This document shows positions 20,715 to 31,707 of a stretch of 64,000 bases of DNA, piece after piece (position 1 is the stretch's first letter; every line of letters begins with the position of its first letter). The position numbers and the translations under genes are program-made. The DNA comes from Candidatus Eiseniibacteriota bacterium. Lineage in GTDB: Bacteria > Eisenbacteria > RBG-16-71-46 > JABDJR01. A model generated the notes under the pieces. It was not told the DNA's origin, ran no database searches, and saw only the letters and a list, made by a program, of their open reading frames with translations. The DNA lies in assembly GCA_963762255.1 (NCBI GenBank), contig CAVXKA010000002.1, positions 1-64,000 on the forward strand, in the 5' to 3' direction.

Positions 20715-21698
20715 TTGCTGGATATCGCCGAACTGAACGCCCGGGTGCGGGATGAATCGCAGGTCCTGAGCCGGCTCGCCGGTGAGGTGGGCCGGGTCAT
20801 CGTGGGCCAGAAGCGCATGGTCGACCGGCTGATGATCGCGCTTCTCGCCGACGGGCACGTGCTTCTCGAGGGAGTGCCCGGCCTCGCCAAGACCACCGCG
20901 ATCAAGACGCTGGCCGGCGCGCTGAAGATGTCCTTCGCGCGCATCCAGTTCACCCCCGACCTGCTTCCCGCCGACCTGACCGGCACGCTGATCTACAACC
21001 CGCGAGAAGCAACCTTCAGCGTGAAGAAGGGCCCCATCTTCACCAACCTGCTCATGGCCGACGAGATCAACCGGGCTCCGGCCAAGGTGCAGAGCGCGCT
21101 GCTCGAGGCGATGCAGGAGCGGCAGGTGACGATCGGGGACGAGACGCATCCCCTTCCGGTGCCCTTCCTGGTCATGGCCACTCAGAATCCGATCGAGCAG
21201 GAGGGAACCTATCCTCTCCCGGAAGCGCAAGTCGACCGGTTCATGTTCAAGATCCAGATCGACTATCCGACGAAGGAAGAGGAGTTGCAGATCCTCGATC
21301 AGGCCGGCCTGGGCGAGCCGGCGACGCCTACACCGGTGCTCGGCACGGCGGAAATCCTGCGGCTGCGCCAGGTGGCGAAGGGGATCTACGTCGACGAGAA
21401 GGTGAAGCGCTACATCGTGGACATCGTGTTCGCGTCGCGCACCCCGGAGGCCTACGGTCTCGACCTGAAGCCGCTCATCGCCTACGGCGCCTCGCCGCGC
21501 GCCTCCATCTACCTGGCTCAGGCCGCCCAGGCGCACGCGCTCTTGCGCGGCCGCGGCTACGTGACGCCGGACGACGTGAAGGCCATCGGCCTGGACGTAC
21601 TGCGGCACCGCATCATCGTCACCTTCGAAGCGGAAGCCGAGGACGTGACCGCCTCGCAGGTAGCGCAACGCATTCTGGACTCGGTGGAGGTCCCCTGA
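20715..21698 (+). CDS. moxR: MoxR-family AAA+ ATPase
   Basis: LLEGVPGLAKT, RIQFTPDLLPAD, DEINRAPAKVQSALLEAMQE, ATQNPIEQEGTYPLPEAQVDRF, GASPRA. AAGGAGG RBS before TTG. Confidence 0.97.
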   Translation: MLDIAELNARVRDESQVLSRLAGEVGRVIVGQKRMVDRLMIALLADGHVLLEGVPGLAKTTAIKTLAGALKMSFARIQFTPDLLPADLTGTLIYNPREATFSVKKGPIFTNLLMADEINRAPAKVQSALLEAMQERQVTIGDETHPLPVPFLVMATQNPIEQEGTYPLPEAQVDRFMFKIQIDYPTKEEELQILDQAGLGEPATPTPVLGTAEILRLRQVAKGIYVDEKVKRYIVDIVFASRTPEAYGLDLKPLIAYGASPRASIYLAQAAQAHALLRGRGYVTPDDVKAIGLDVLRHRIIVTFEAEAEDVTASQVAQRILDSVEVP

Positions 21699-21723
21699 GC
21701 CGGCCCGGACGGAGCCCCGCGCG

Positions 21724-22601
<878 letters not shown>

Positions 22602-22605
<4 letters not shown>

Positions 22606-23612
22606 GACGGGCGCCGGCGGCAGTCATGGTGGGAGCGGCGCTGCTCGTGTTCGGAGCGGGCGCGCGGACGGCGACGGACGCGTTTGCGTGGTCGCCCGCA
22701 GGTCGGGATACGCTCCGCGTTCCCGCGGACATCCGCCCCGCGGTGGTGAAGGTGGGAGAGCGCGTGCACGTGCGGCTCGCGGTGCCTCTCCCGGACGCAA
22801 CCGCGAGCCTGACCGGCCCTCGCGCCCCGGAGAGCTTCGGCGCGGTGGACGTGCTCGTTTCCGGTCCTTCCCCCGCGGGCGCGGACAGCGCGGCCTGGAC
22901 GCTCGAGGTGGCTCTCTTCGAACCCGGCGACCAGGATCTGACGGCGCTGCCGTTCGTGTTGCGGGGCGCGGCGGGGGAGAGGCCGGTGCGGCTCCTGACC
23001 TACACGCTCAGCGTGGAGGCGACCGTTTCCGACACGGCGAGCAAGGCGGACATCCGCGACATCCGCGGACCGGTGAAGGTCCCGTTGCACTGGCGCTGGA
23101 GGCGCGTCGTCGCGGCGCTCCTCGTGGTCGGTGTCGCAGGCGCGGCGTTCGTGCTCTGGCGCAGGCGACGCGCCGAGCTCCCACCGGAGTCGGTTGCGAC
23201 CGGACCGATTGTGAGCCCGGAAGAGGCGGCACTGGCGGCCCTGCGCGATCTGGAGCGGGACGCGCTTCCCGCGCGCGGCCTCTTGAAGGAGCACTACTTC
23301 AGGTTGAGCCTGGTATTGCGCGGCTATCTGGAGCGCCGATTCTCGTTCCCGGCGGTCGAATCGACCACCGAGGAGATCCGTGAGGCGATGGAGAGTCGAC
23401 GGGTTCTTCCCGGAGCCGATGGCGATGACGCGTTGGCTCTGTTCACCGAAGCGGACCTGGTGAAGTTCGCGCGCTTCGATCCCGGTGCGACGGCGGGTGA
23501 GGCCGCACTGCGTCGTGGGCGCGATTGGGTGGAGCGTGTCGGGGCGCGGCCGGTCGCTGACGCCGAGCCCTCGGCGGGTCCGGAGCCGTCGGCGGCGGAG
23601 GCGAAGCGCTGA
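22602..23612 (+). CDS. Bat-operon membrane protein (DUF4381/BatD-like)
   Basis: Signal peptide, IRDIRGP before a TM helix, LRGYLERRF, ESTTEE, ADLVKFA. Lies between DUF58 and batA. Confidence 0.8.
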
Positions 23613-24592
23613 TGCGATTCGCGAACCCGCTCTTTCTCCTCGCTCTCGTCCCTCTCGCCGCGGCCATCGTGTGGGATCTTCGCCGGCGATGGAGTCGCGC
23701 GCGCCTCGGCTATTCGGACTCGAGCCTCTTCGCGCGGCGGGGCTGGCGGGCGCAGGTCGCCTCGGCGGTTCCCTTCCTGTTCGGGCTCGGCGCGGTGCTG
23801 GCGGTGCTCGCGATGGCGCGACCTCAGACCGGCGCGGCGCGGATCGAGGTGAAGAGCGAGGGGATCGATATCGTGCTTGTGCTCGACATTTCGGGGAGCA
23901 TGCGCGCCGAGGACTTCAAGCCCCACAACCGGCTCACCGTGGCCAAGCGCGTGGCGAAGGAGTTCGTGGCGGGGCGTGGAGGAGATCGCATCGGACTCGT
24001 GGTCTTCTCCGGCGGCGCCTACACGCAATGCCCGCTCACCCTCGACCATGGCATCGTGCAGCAGCTTCTGGGCGACGTGGACTTCGGGCAGGTGCCGGAC
24101 GGCACCGCCATCGGCATGGCGCTCGCCACGGCCACCAACCGGCTGCGCGAGGCCAAGGGGAAGAGCCGGGTCGTGATCCTCCTCACCGACGGACAGAACA
24201 ACGCGGGGGAGATCGATCCCATCACCGCCGCAGAAGCCGCGCACGCGCTCGGCGTGCGGGTGTATACGATCGGGGCGGGCACCGACGGTCCCGCGCGAAT
24301 TCCCGTGGACGACCCGGTGTTCGGACGGCGCTACGTGACGGTGGATGCCAGCGTGGACGAGAAGTCCTTGAAGGAGATCGCGCGCCTGACCGGCGGGCGG
24401 TATTTCCGCGCCACCAGCGCGCAGGCTTTGGAGGAAATCTACCGAGAGATCGACGGCCTCGAGAAGAGCGAGGCCGAGACCATCGAGTACGTGCAATACG
24501 ACGAGAAGGGGCCGCTCCTGGCCCTGGCAGCGGCGCTGGCGCTTGCCGCCGCGCTCCTTCTCGCCGAAACCGCGGGCAGCCGCATTCCGTAG
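23612..24592 (+). CDS. batA: VWA-domain protein BatA
   Basis: RFANP N-terminus, LARP, MIDAS DISGSM, PLTLDH, GTAIG, LLTDG, VYTIGAG, TGGRYFRA. Confidence 0.92.
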   Translation: MRFANPLFLLALVPLAAAIVWDLRRRWSRARLGYSDSSLFARRGWRAQVASAVPFLFGLGAVLAVLAMARPQTGAARIEVKSEGIDIVLVLDISGSMRAEDFKPHNRLTVAKRVAKEFVAGRGGDRIGLVVFSGGAYTQCPLTLDHGIVQQLLGDVDFGQVPDGTAIGMALATATNRLREAKGKSRVVILLTDGQNNAGEIDPITAAEAAHALGVRVYTIGAGTDGPARIPVDDPVFGRRYVTVDASVDEKSLKEIARLTGGRYFRATSAQALEEIYREIDGLEKSEAETIEYVQYDEKGPLLALAAALALAAALLLAETAGSRIP

Positions 24593-24602
24593 GGGAGAGG
24601 GC

Positions 24603-25655
24603 ATGCTCTTCGGGGATCCGCGCTGGCTTCATCTTCTCTGGGCCGTTCCCGCGCTTGCGGCGCTGGGCGTGGCGGCCGCGTGGCTGCGGCGGCGGCGGCT
24701 GCGCGCCTGGGCCGACCACGCGTTGTGGGCGCGAATCGTGCCGGCGCGCTCCGGTCTCCTGCGCGGCGTGAAGTTCTCGCTGGCGCTCCTGGCGCTCGTG
24801 TTCCTCCTCGTGGCGGCGGCGCGCCCGCAGGTGGGGGCGCAGTTGGTGCAGGTCGAGCGCCGAGGCATCGACGTGGTCGTGCTCCTCGACGTGAGCCTCA
24901 GCATGGAGGCGACCGACGTCGTGCCCAATCGGCTGGAGCGCTCCAAGCAGGAGATTCGCGAACTCCTGAAGGGGCTGCACGGCGACCGCGCCGCCATCGT
25001 GATCTTCTCCGGATCCTCGTTCGTGCTCTGCCCGCTGACGCTCGATGTGGCCGCCGCGAACCTGTTCCTCGACGCGGTGGCTGCGGACGTGCTCCCCGAT
25101 CCGGGGACGAACCTGGAAGAGGCGCTCCGAGGCGGGAGAAGCGCCCTCGAGGCCGAACTCGAGGGGACGCGCGGTCGGGCGGTCATCCTGTTCACGGACG
25201 GCGAGAGCCACACCGGCGACGTCCTCGCGGCGGCGCGCTCGCTCAAGGACGACGGCATTCCGGTTCTCACGGTTGGCGTGGGGACGCCCAACGGCGAGCC
25301 GATACCTGTCGCGGACGCCGACGGCCGGCTCTCCGGGTACAAGAAGGACCGTGGCGGCAACGTGGTGTTGAGCCGCCTCGACGAGGCGCTCCTGCGCGAG
25401 ATCGCCGAGACCACCGGAGGGCGGTACTATCCGGCCACCTTGCAAGGGCACGAGGTGGGGGAGATGCTCAAGGTTCTGGGACGTCTGGAGCGCGGTGAGC
25501 TGGGGGGAACCCAGCGGCGCCGCGTCGAGGAGCGTTTCCAGGTGCCGGCGGCGGTGGCGGTCGTGCTGCTGCTTCTGGCCGTGCTGGTGCCGGAAGCCCG
25601 GCGAGAGCGCAACGGTCTGGAAGCGGAACCCCGAGAGCGAAAGGAGACGGCGTGA
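24603..25655 (+). CDS. batB: VWA-domain protein BatB
   Basis: AARPQ, DVSLSM, PNRLERSK, PLTLD, FTDGESH, GVGTPNGEPIP, VVLSRLDE. Confidence 0.9.
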   Translation: MLFGDPRWLHLLWAVPALAALGVAAAWLRRRRLRAWADHALWARIVPARSGLLRGVKFSLALLALVFLLVAAARPQVGAQLVQVERRGIDVVVLLDVSLSMEATDVVPNRLERSKQEIRELLKGLHGDRAAIVIFSGSSFVLCPLTLDVAAANLFLDAVAADVLPDPGTNLEEALRGGRSALEAELEGTRGRAVILFTDGESHTGDVLAAARSLKDDGIPVLTVGVGTPNGEPIPVADADGRLSGYKKDRGGNVVLSRLDEALLREIAETTGGRYYPATLQGHEVGEMLKVLGRLERGELGGTQRRRVEERFQVPAAVAVVLLLLAVLVPEARRERNGLEAEPRERKETA

Positions 25656-26440
25656 CGATTCTGACCCTGACGCGGATTCCGGCCGTCCTCCTGGTCTCCG
25701 GGTGGAGTCTCCTCGCACCGTTCCTGCAACCGGACGCTCGCGAGGGACGGGAAGGGCTGCGCAGCTACGACCGGTCACAGTGGAGCGATGCCGTGGACCG
25801 ATTCGGGCGAGCGCGGGAAGCGCGTCCGGACGGGCGCTACGATTTCGACCTCGGGACCGCGGCGTACCGTGCGGGGGATTTCCCCGCCGCCGCGAACGCC
25901 TTCGGCGCCGCCGCGCGCTCGGCGGATCTCCCCCCGGGAGGGAGCGCGTTCAATCTGGGCAACGCGCGCTTCAAGGCGGGCGATCTGGAGGGGGCGCTGG
26001 CGGCGTACCGCGCGGCGCTGGGGAGCAACCCCGGCGACGACGATGCGCGCTTCAACTACGAGCTGGCGCTCTGCGCGAGCTTCAGGCCGCGCAGCAGCAG
26101 CAGAAGAACCAGAACCAGGGGAAGAAGGAGGATCAGGAGCAGAAGCCCGAGTCACAGGACTCGCAGGGCTCGAAGGAGAACCCCGACTCCACGCAGGCGC
26201 AGCAGAGTGAGCAGCAGAAGCAAGAGGAGCAGCAGAAGCAGGACGAGCAGAAGCAGGCCCAGGAGCAGGCGGCTCAGCAGGAAGCCGGGAGAGAGACAGC
26301 GGCAACCGGCCGAACCGGAGCGGATGCTCACCCCCGAGCAGGCCGCGCAGCTTCTTGACCAGGTGACGCCGGAGGAGCGCGAGCTGCTCGAAGCGCGGCT
26401 CAAGTCGGCGCGGCGTCGACCGGCGGAGAAGGACTGGTAA
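25652..26440 (+). CDS. batC: TPR protein BatC with Q/E-rich linker (two compensating frameshifts near 26070 and 26285)
   Basis: TPRs (FNLGNARFKAG, ALGSNPGDDDARFNYELAL). The Q-rich linker is read in the alternative frame. C-terminal EKDW is typical of BatC. Confidence 0.85.
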   Translation: MTILTLTRIPAVLLVSGWSLLAPFLQPDAREGREGLRSYDRSQWSDAVDRFGRAREARPDGRYDFDLGTAAYRAGDFPAAANAFGAAARSADLPPGGSAFNLGNARFKAGDLEGALAAYRAALGSNPGDDDARFNYELALCASFRPRSSSRRTRTRGRRRIRSRSPSHRTRRARRRTPTPRRRSRVSSRSKRSSRSRTSRSRPRSRRLSRKPGERQRQPAEPERMLTPEQAAQLLDQVTPEERELLEARLKSARRRPAEKDW

Positions 26441-28185
26441 TGCGCTTCGCCGCGATCGTCTTCGTCGTTCTCTGCGTGCTCGGCGCCGCCCCCGCTGAAT
26501 CGCTGGAGCTGAGCGCCACGCTCGACCCGGAGCAGGCCCGCGTGGGCGAGCAGGTCGTGCTCACCGTGGTCGTCTCCGGAGGCGTGCAGAATCTCCCCGA
26601 TCCGGAGATCCCCGATCTCAAGGCGAACTTCGACTTCTTTCCCGGGGGCACCTCGCGCAGCTTCTCCTTCATCAACGGCCGCATGTCCAACTCGGTCACC
26701 CTGCGCTACGTCCTCGTGCCCAAACACGAGGGGACCTTCACGATCCCGCCGATCAAGGTCGCGGCAAAGGGGGAAGAGGTCTCGACGCCGCCGCTCAAGC
26801 TCGTCGTATCCAACGCCCCACCCGCGCCGACGCCGTCCACGGCGCCGGGGGAGAAGGGCTCCACCCGCGGCAGCGACGACCTGTTCGTGCGCGCCTTCGT
26901 GGACAAGTCCTCGCCCAGCGTCTACGAGCAGGTCACCTACAAGGTGAAGCTCTACGCGCGCCTCAACCTCCTCGACAACCCCGGCTTTCAGCCCCCCACC
27001 ACGCAGGGCTTCTGGAGGGAGGATCTCCAGCCGCGCGATCCCGCCATCGAGACGGTGAAGGGGAAGCGCTACCGCGTCTCGGAGGTGGACATCGCCGTGT
27101 TCCCCACCGCGCCCGGCAAGCTCACGATCGGCGAGTCGGTGCTGGAGTGCTCGGTGGAGGTTCCGGTGCGCAGCAACGATCCCTTCAGGATGTTCGGCGG
27201 CGTGGACGGACGGCGGGTGGTCCTGCGCACCGATCCGGTGGTGCTGGACGTGAAGCCGCTTCCTCCCGGCGCGCCGCCCTCCTTCCACGGCGCGGTCGGA
27301 GAGTATGCGATCACCGCTTCGGTGGACCGCACCGAGGTCTCGCAGAACGAGCCGATCACGCTGACCGTGAAGATCACGGGCGAAGGACACATTCGCTCGT
27401 TCGGCGACATCGAGATGGCTCCCCTTCCCGATTTTCGCGCCTATCCCTCGCAAGGTAACGAGGAGATTTCCCGGCAGGGGAGCCGTATCAACGGGACGCT
27501 GACGAAGCAGTTCGTGCTGGTGCCTCTGAGCGCGGGCCGCAAGGAGATTCCGGCCATCGAACTCTCCGCGTTCTCTCCCCGGACCGGGCGCTATCAGACG
27601 CTGGCCACGAAGGCGATTCCGGTCACGGTGAAAGCGGGGGCCGCCGCAGCTCCGGGGATGTCGGCCGGACCGCGCGGAGACATCGAGTTGGTGGGGCGCG
27701 ACATCCGCTTTCTCGAAACCGCGGTTCCCTCGTTCACGCGTCGGGGCGGGGTGTGGGACTCGGCGCGCGCGTGGCTGTTCCTTCTGCCGATCCCCGCGCT
27801 GGCTTACCTGGGGATGTGGTGGTGGGAGCGGCAGCGGGAGCGACTGGGACGCGATGTCGGGCTGCGGCGCCGGTTGCGGGCGGCTCGGCACGCGCGCGCC
27901 GCGCTCAAGCGTGCGAGGACGATCCAGGGAACCGAGCGCGCCTCCAAGGCAGCGGAAGCCGTGCGCGGATACGTGGCCGACCGCTTCAATCTTCCGACCG
28001 CGGGACTTCTCCCGGAGGACATCGCGGCCTCGATGCGCGGCGTCGAGATCGACTCCGCCGCACTCCTCGCCTTTCTGGATCGCTGCGATGCCGCGCGCTA
28101 CGCGCCGGGCGCGCCGGTGGGGGGCGACGGCGATTGGCTCGCCGAGGCCGCGCGATGGATCGACACGCTGGAGGCATCGCGATGA
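26440..28185 (+). CDS. batD: BatD family protein
   Basis: SFINGRMS, GTFTIPP, VYEQVTY, GFWRE, VKPLP, GAVGEY, C-terminal TM and ARYAP. Confidence 0.88.
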   Translation: MRFAAIVFVVLCVLGAAPAESLELSATLDPEQARVGEQVVLTVVVSGGVQNLPDPEIPDLKANFDFFPGGTSRSFSFINGRMSNSVTLRYVLVPKHEGTFTIPPIKVAAKGEEVSTPPLKLVVSNAPPAPTPSTAPGEKGSTRGSDDLFVRAFVDKSSPSVYEQVTYKVKLYARLNLLDNPGFQPPTTQGFWREDLQPRDPAIETVKGKRYRVSEVDIAVFPTAPGKLTIGESVLECSVEVPVRSNDPFRMFGGVDGRRVVLRTDPVVLDVKPLPPGAPPSFHGAVGEYAITASVDRTEVSQNEPITLTVKITGEGHIRSFGDIEMAPLPDFRAYPSQGNEEISRQGSRINGTLTKQFVLVPLSAGRKEIPAIELSAFSPRTGRYQTLATKAIPVTVKAGAAAAPGMSAGPRGDIELVGRDIRFLETAVPSFTRRGGVWDSARAWLFLLPIPALAYLGMWWWERQRERLGRDVGLRRRLRAARHARAALKRARTIQGTERASKAAEAVRGYVADRFNLPTAGLLPEDIAASMRGVEIDSAALLAFLDRCDAARYAPGAPVGGDGDWLAEAARWIDTLEASR

Positions 28186-28988
28186 GGCCCACGTGCCGGC
28201 GCGGGAACCTTGCCGCGGCGATCCGGTTCGTCGCGCAGTGCGCGCTTCTCATTGCAGTGATCCCGCTGCGTGCGAGCGCCGACCCGCCGGCCGGCGCGGG
28301 CGAGGCCTTTCTCGAAGGGAACCGCCTCTACCAGGAGGGCGACTACCCCGGCGCGGCCAGGGCGTACGAGCAGATCCTCGAGCTGGGGGTGACCGCCCCT
28401 GAGCTGGAGTACAACCTCGCCAACGCCTATCTGAAGACGGGCCAAACCGGAGGCGCGGTCCTCCATTACCGGCGGGCGCTGGTGCTGCGGCCCAAATTTG
28501 AAAGTGCCGAACAGAACTTAGTTTACGCGCGCTCTCTCACGCAGGACGTGAAGCCGGACGAGGGGGCGTCGGCGCCTCGGTGGGACTGGGTGAGCCGGCT
28601 GCGCCTCGGCCCCGGGCTCGCCTCGGGTCTCCTCTTCGCGGTCTTCACCGCGTTTGCCGCGGCGGGAGCGATGCGCTTGCGCTGGTGGAGGGAGCGTCCC
28701 GCCGCCACCGTGCTGCAGGGAGTCCTGGGCGGGCTTGTCCTTCTTCTTGCCGCCGCGCTCTTCTTCGAATGGCATCTCATCGAGGGGCGCGACGAAGGGG
28801 TCGTGGTGGCGAAGGAGATCGACGTGCGGGCGGGCCCCGGCGACCAGTACACGGTTTCCTTCCGGCTCCACGAAGGGACCGAGGTGGAGATCGTGCGGGG
28901 CTCTCCGGGCTGGCGAGAGGTTCGGGTCTCGGATCGACTTCAGGGGTGGGCCCCCGAGACGGCGGTGACTGCGATCGAGGACCGTTGA
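28182..28988 (+). CDS. batE: BatE-like TPR + TM + SH3b protein
   Basis: GNRLYQEGDY, YNLANAYLK, two TMs, VRAGPG...LHEGTEV...W...GW SH3b-like domain. Confidence 0.88.
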   Translation: MRPTCRRGNLAAAIRFVAQCALLIAVIPLRASADPPAGAGEAFLEGNRLYQEGDYPGAARAYEQILELGVTAPELEYNLANAYLKTGQTGGAVLHYRRALVLRPKFESAEQNLVYARSLTQDVKPDEGASAPRWDWVSRLRLGPGLASGLLFAVFTAFAAAGAMRLRWWRERPAATVLQGVLGGLVLLLAAALFFEWHLIEGRDEGVVVAKEIDVRAGPGDQYTVSFRLHEGTEVEIVRGSPGWREVRVSDRLQGWAPETAVTAIEDR

Positions 28989-28989
28989 G

Positions 28990-30657
28990 GTGATACGCCG
29001 CCGCCGATGGCAGTGGGCGATCGGTGGAGCCGCTCTCCTTCTGCTCGTCGTCGCCGCGGCCGCGTTGACGGTGCTGCGCCCCGAGCGTCTGAAGGCGATC
29101 GTGCTGGCCGAGGCGAGGCGCGCGACGGGGCTCGTCATCGACGCCGGCCCCGCCTCGGTTCGCCTCGGGTTCACCGGCGTGGCGCTGAGGGTGAGCGATC
29201 TGCGGGTCGCCGTCGCGGACTCGAGCCAGCTTCTTCGCGTGGAGCGCGCCGACGCCACCCTCAAGATCCGCGCGCTCCTGCGCCGGCAGGTGGAGCTGCG
29301 CGGACTCACGCTGCATCGCCCCGACCTGCAGGTGCGCCCGCCCGCCCCCCGCGCGCTCGGCCCGCGCCGCCCCGCGAGCTCGCCCTTCCTCGCGTTTCTG
29401 GCGGTGGAATCGTGGTCGGTAGAGGAGGGACGCTACGCGCAGAGCGGACCCGAAGGGGATCTCGCGCTCACCGGCGTCGACCTCTCCGGCGGTTTCTCGT
29501 GGCGAGCGGGGAAGGGCGCCTCGGGTTCGATTCGCGGTCGCGCGACCGGCGGATCGTGGAAGGCGCCGGCGCTCTCGCTGGCGCTGCCGCCGCTCGACGC
29601 GGTGATCGACTTTCATCTCTCCGTGGCCGCCGACTCGCTGACTCTCCCTCGTGTGGAACTCTCCAGCGGAGCGCTCAGGCTCGCGCTGGCCGGAACGTTT
29701 CGGCCCGCTGGACGCGTCTGGATCGGGAGCCTCACCGGTCGCTCCGAGCCCTTCACCTGGGACGAAGTCCGAGGCTTCATCTTCCCGGCGGGGTCGGCGA
29801 AGTCGGAGGGCGGGACCGTGGCCGGGCGGTTCGAGATCCCGGATCTGCGCATCGAGCGGACCGTGCGAGAAGAGCTTCTCGTCTCGGGCCTCGTGCGCAT
29901 CGACAGTCTGATCGCGCGAGGGCACACGCTGCGCGAGGTGAGCGCGCGAGCGCGGCTCGGCCGCGCCGGGCTCCTCCTCGAGGAGGTGAAGGCGTCGGTC
30001 TACGGCGGCGTCGCGACGGGCGCCATCGCGGTGGTCCCGGAGGACGGCGGCGCGGCGCTCACGCATCGCGGCAACCTGGCTCTACGCGGAGTCGATCTGG
30101 GCGCCGCGCTCGCCGAGTGGTTTCCGATCGGCCGGCGTTTGGAGGGCACGGGGCGGGCCGACCTCGTGTGGACGGGCCGGGCCGCGCCGGGCGCCGACCC
30201 GCTGCGGGGGATCGAGCTGGAGGGCGCATTCTCGGTGGAGAACGGCGCGGTGCTCGATGTGAGTGGGCTCACCGACCTCGCGGAAGCGTTTCAGCTTGAA
30301 GGGGCCTCGGCGGGGCGGTGGCCCTTCGAGCGGCTGACCGCCATCCTCGCGCTGCGCGGCGGGCGCGTGGCGGTCGACGAGATGCACGCGACCCAGACGG
30401 GGTTGGGATGGTTCCTCACGGGATCGGTGGGCCTCGATGGAAGCCTGGCCTTGAACGGTCACGTGCGCGCGGACCCGAAGCGGGTGAGCCTCCCTCGCGA
30501 ACTGGCGCTCTTCGCCCCTTACCTCGCGGGAGCGGACGGCCGCATCCCGATCGATTTCCGACTCGCGGGCACGTTCACCGATCCGATCGTCGTGCTGGAC
30601 TGGGAGGCGCTGGGAAAGCGTGCGGCGGCCAAGGGGCGCGGAGTCGGGGGGAGATGA
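28990..30657 (+). CDS. AsmA-family protein
   Basis: N-terminal TM anchor, beta-rich repeats, YGGVATG, GSVGLDGSL, IPIDFRLAGTFTDP (AsmA-like C-terminus). Confidence 0.8.
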   Translation: MIRRRRWQWAIGGAALLLLVVAAAALTVLRPERLKAIVLAEARRATGLVIDAGPASVRLGFTGVALRVSDLRVAVADSSQLLRVERADATLKIRALLRRQVELRGLTLHRPDLQVRPPAPRALGPRRPASSPFLAFLAVESWSVEEGRYAQSGPEGDLALTGVDLSGGFSWRAGKGASGSIRGRATGGSWKAPALSLALPPLDAVIDFHLSVAADSLTLPRVELSSGALRLALAGTFRPAGRVWIGSLTGRSEPFTWDEVRGFIFPAGSAKSEGGTVAGRFEIPDLRIERTVREELLVSGLVRIDSLIARGHTLREVSARARLGRAGLLLEEVKASVYGGVATGAIAVVPEDGGAALTHRGNLALRGVDLGAALAEWFPIGRRLEGTGRADLVWTGRAAPGADPLRGIELEGAFSVENGAVLDVSGLTDLAEAFQLEGASAGRWPFERLTAILALRGGRVAVDEMHATQTGLGWFLTGSVGLDGSLALNGHVRADPKRVSLPRELALFAPYLAGADGRIPIDFRLAGTFTDPIVVLDWEALGKRAAAKGRGVGGR

Positions 30658-30927
30658 TTGGACCCATGGGCCGGTGGGTGATTGCCCTGGAGTCTGGTGC
30701 CGGAAGTGATTACAGAATATATATGTTAAGGTGGACGCCTAAGAATCCACGCGAAGAAACTTGGTGCGCGCAGGCGAAAGCCTGACGGGCGAAAGGAAAT
30801 CCGAGGGACCTATGTCACTTTCGGTTGCGCGCAGCCGGTCGATAACTAAGATTCGTAGCGCGCCCGCCGGTTCGTCCGGATCGGCGCGCGAAATGGCCGC
30901 GGCTCACGAGCTGCGGCAGGAGGCCTC

Positions 30928-31704
30928 TTGAACAGCATTCCCCCCTGGAAGAGGCCCGAGCTCTTTGGCTGTCCGGTGGACGCGGTCACCCTCGCGCAAG
31001 CGGTGGGGTGGGTGGACGATCGGATCGCGGAGCGGAGGCCGGTTCGCGTCGGCGTGGTCAACGCCGCGAAGCTCGTCAAGATCGAACGCGACCCCGAGCT
31101 GGCCCGCGCCGTCACCACCTGCGAGCTCATCCTCGCGGACGGCATGAGTGTGACCTGGGCCAGCCGGATGCTCACCGGGGTTCGCCTCCAGCGAGTGGCC
31201 GGCATCGATCTCATGGAAGCGCTGGTGGCGCGCGCGGCGGAACGGGGCTACCGCCTCTACTTCCTGGGCGCCAAGCAAGAGGTACTGGACCGCATGCTGG
31301 ACGTCTTTCTCACGCGCTTCCCGCACCTCGTGGTGGCGGGCTCGCATCACGGGTACTTCAAGCGCGAGGACGAGGCGTCGCTGGCGGAGACCATCCGCGC
31401 GACGTCCCCCGACATTCTCTTCGTGGGGATGGGGACCCCGGCCAAGGAGTACTGGATCGACCGCTGCTACGTCGCGGCGGGGGCCGTCGTCACGATGGGC
31501 GTGGGCGGTTCGTTCGACGTGCACTCGGGCGTGGTCCGGCGCGCGCCGCAATGGATGCAACGGCTGGGCCTCGAGTGGTTCTATCGCCTGCTGCAGGAGC
31601 CGCGGCGCCTGTGGCGCCGCTACCTCACCACCAGTTCGATCTTCGTCGGCGAGGTGTTCGTGCGCTCCATGCGCCGCCCATTTGCGCGGAGCGGGAAACC
31701 CTGA
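30928..31704 (+). CDS. WecB/TagA/CpsF family glycosyltransferase (GT26)
   Basis: LADGMSV, RVAGIDL, HHGYF, FVGMGTP, GVGGSFD, RAPQWMQRLGLEWFYRLLQEPRRLWRRY. Confidence 0.95.
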   Translation: MNSIPPWKRPELFGCPVDAVTLAQAVGWVDDRIAERRPVRVGVVNAAKLVKIERDPELARAVTTCELILADGMSVTWASRMLTGVRLQRVAGIDLMEALVARAAERGYRLYFLGAKQEVLDRMLDVFLTRFPHLVVAGSHHGYFKREDEASLAETIRATSPDILFVGMGTPAKEYWIDRCYVAAGAVVTMGVGGSFDVHSGVVRRAPQWMQRLGLEWFYRLLQEPRRLWRRYLTTSSIFVGEVFVRSMRRPFARSGKP

Positions 31705-31707
31705 CGG

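Noticed and set aside
26090-26285. Repetitive CAG/GAG-rich tract
   Set aside because: It is the Q/E/K low-complexity linker normal for BatC, not a CRISPR array or VNTR.
30765-30840. c-di-GMP-I riboswitch
   Set aside because: It has a GAAA-capped stem but lacks the GGCAAA and GACGCAAA conserved segments. Kept only as an unclassified candidate.
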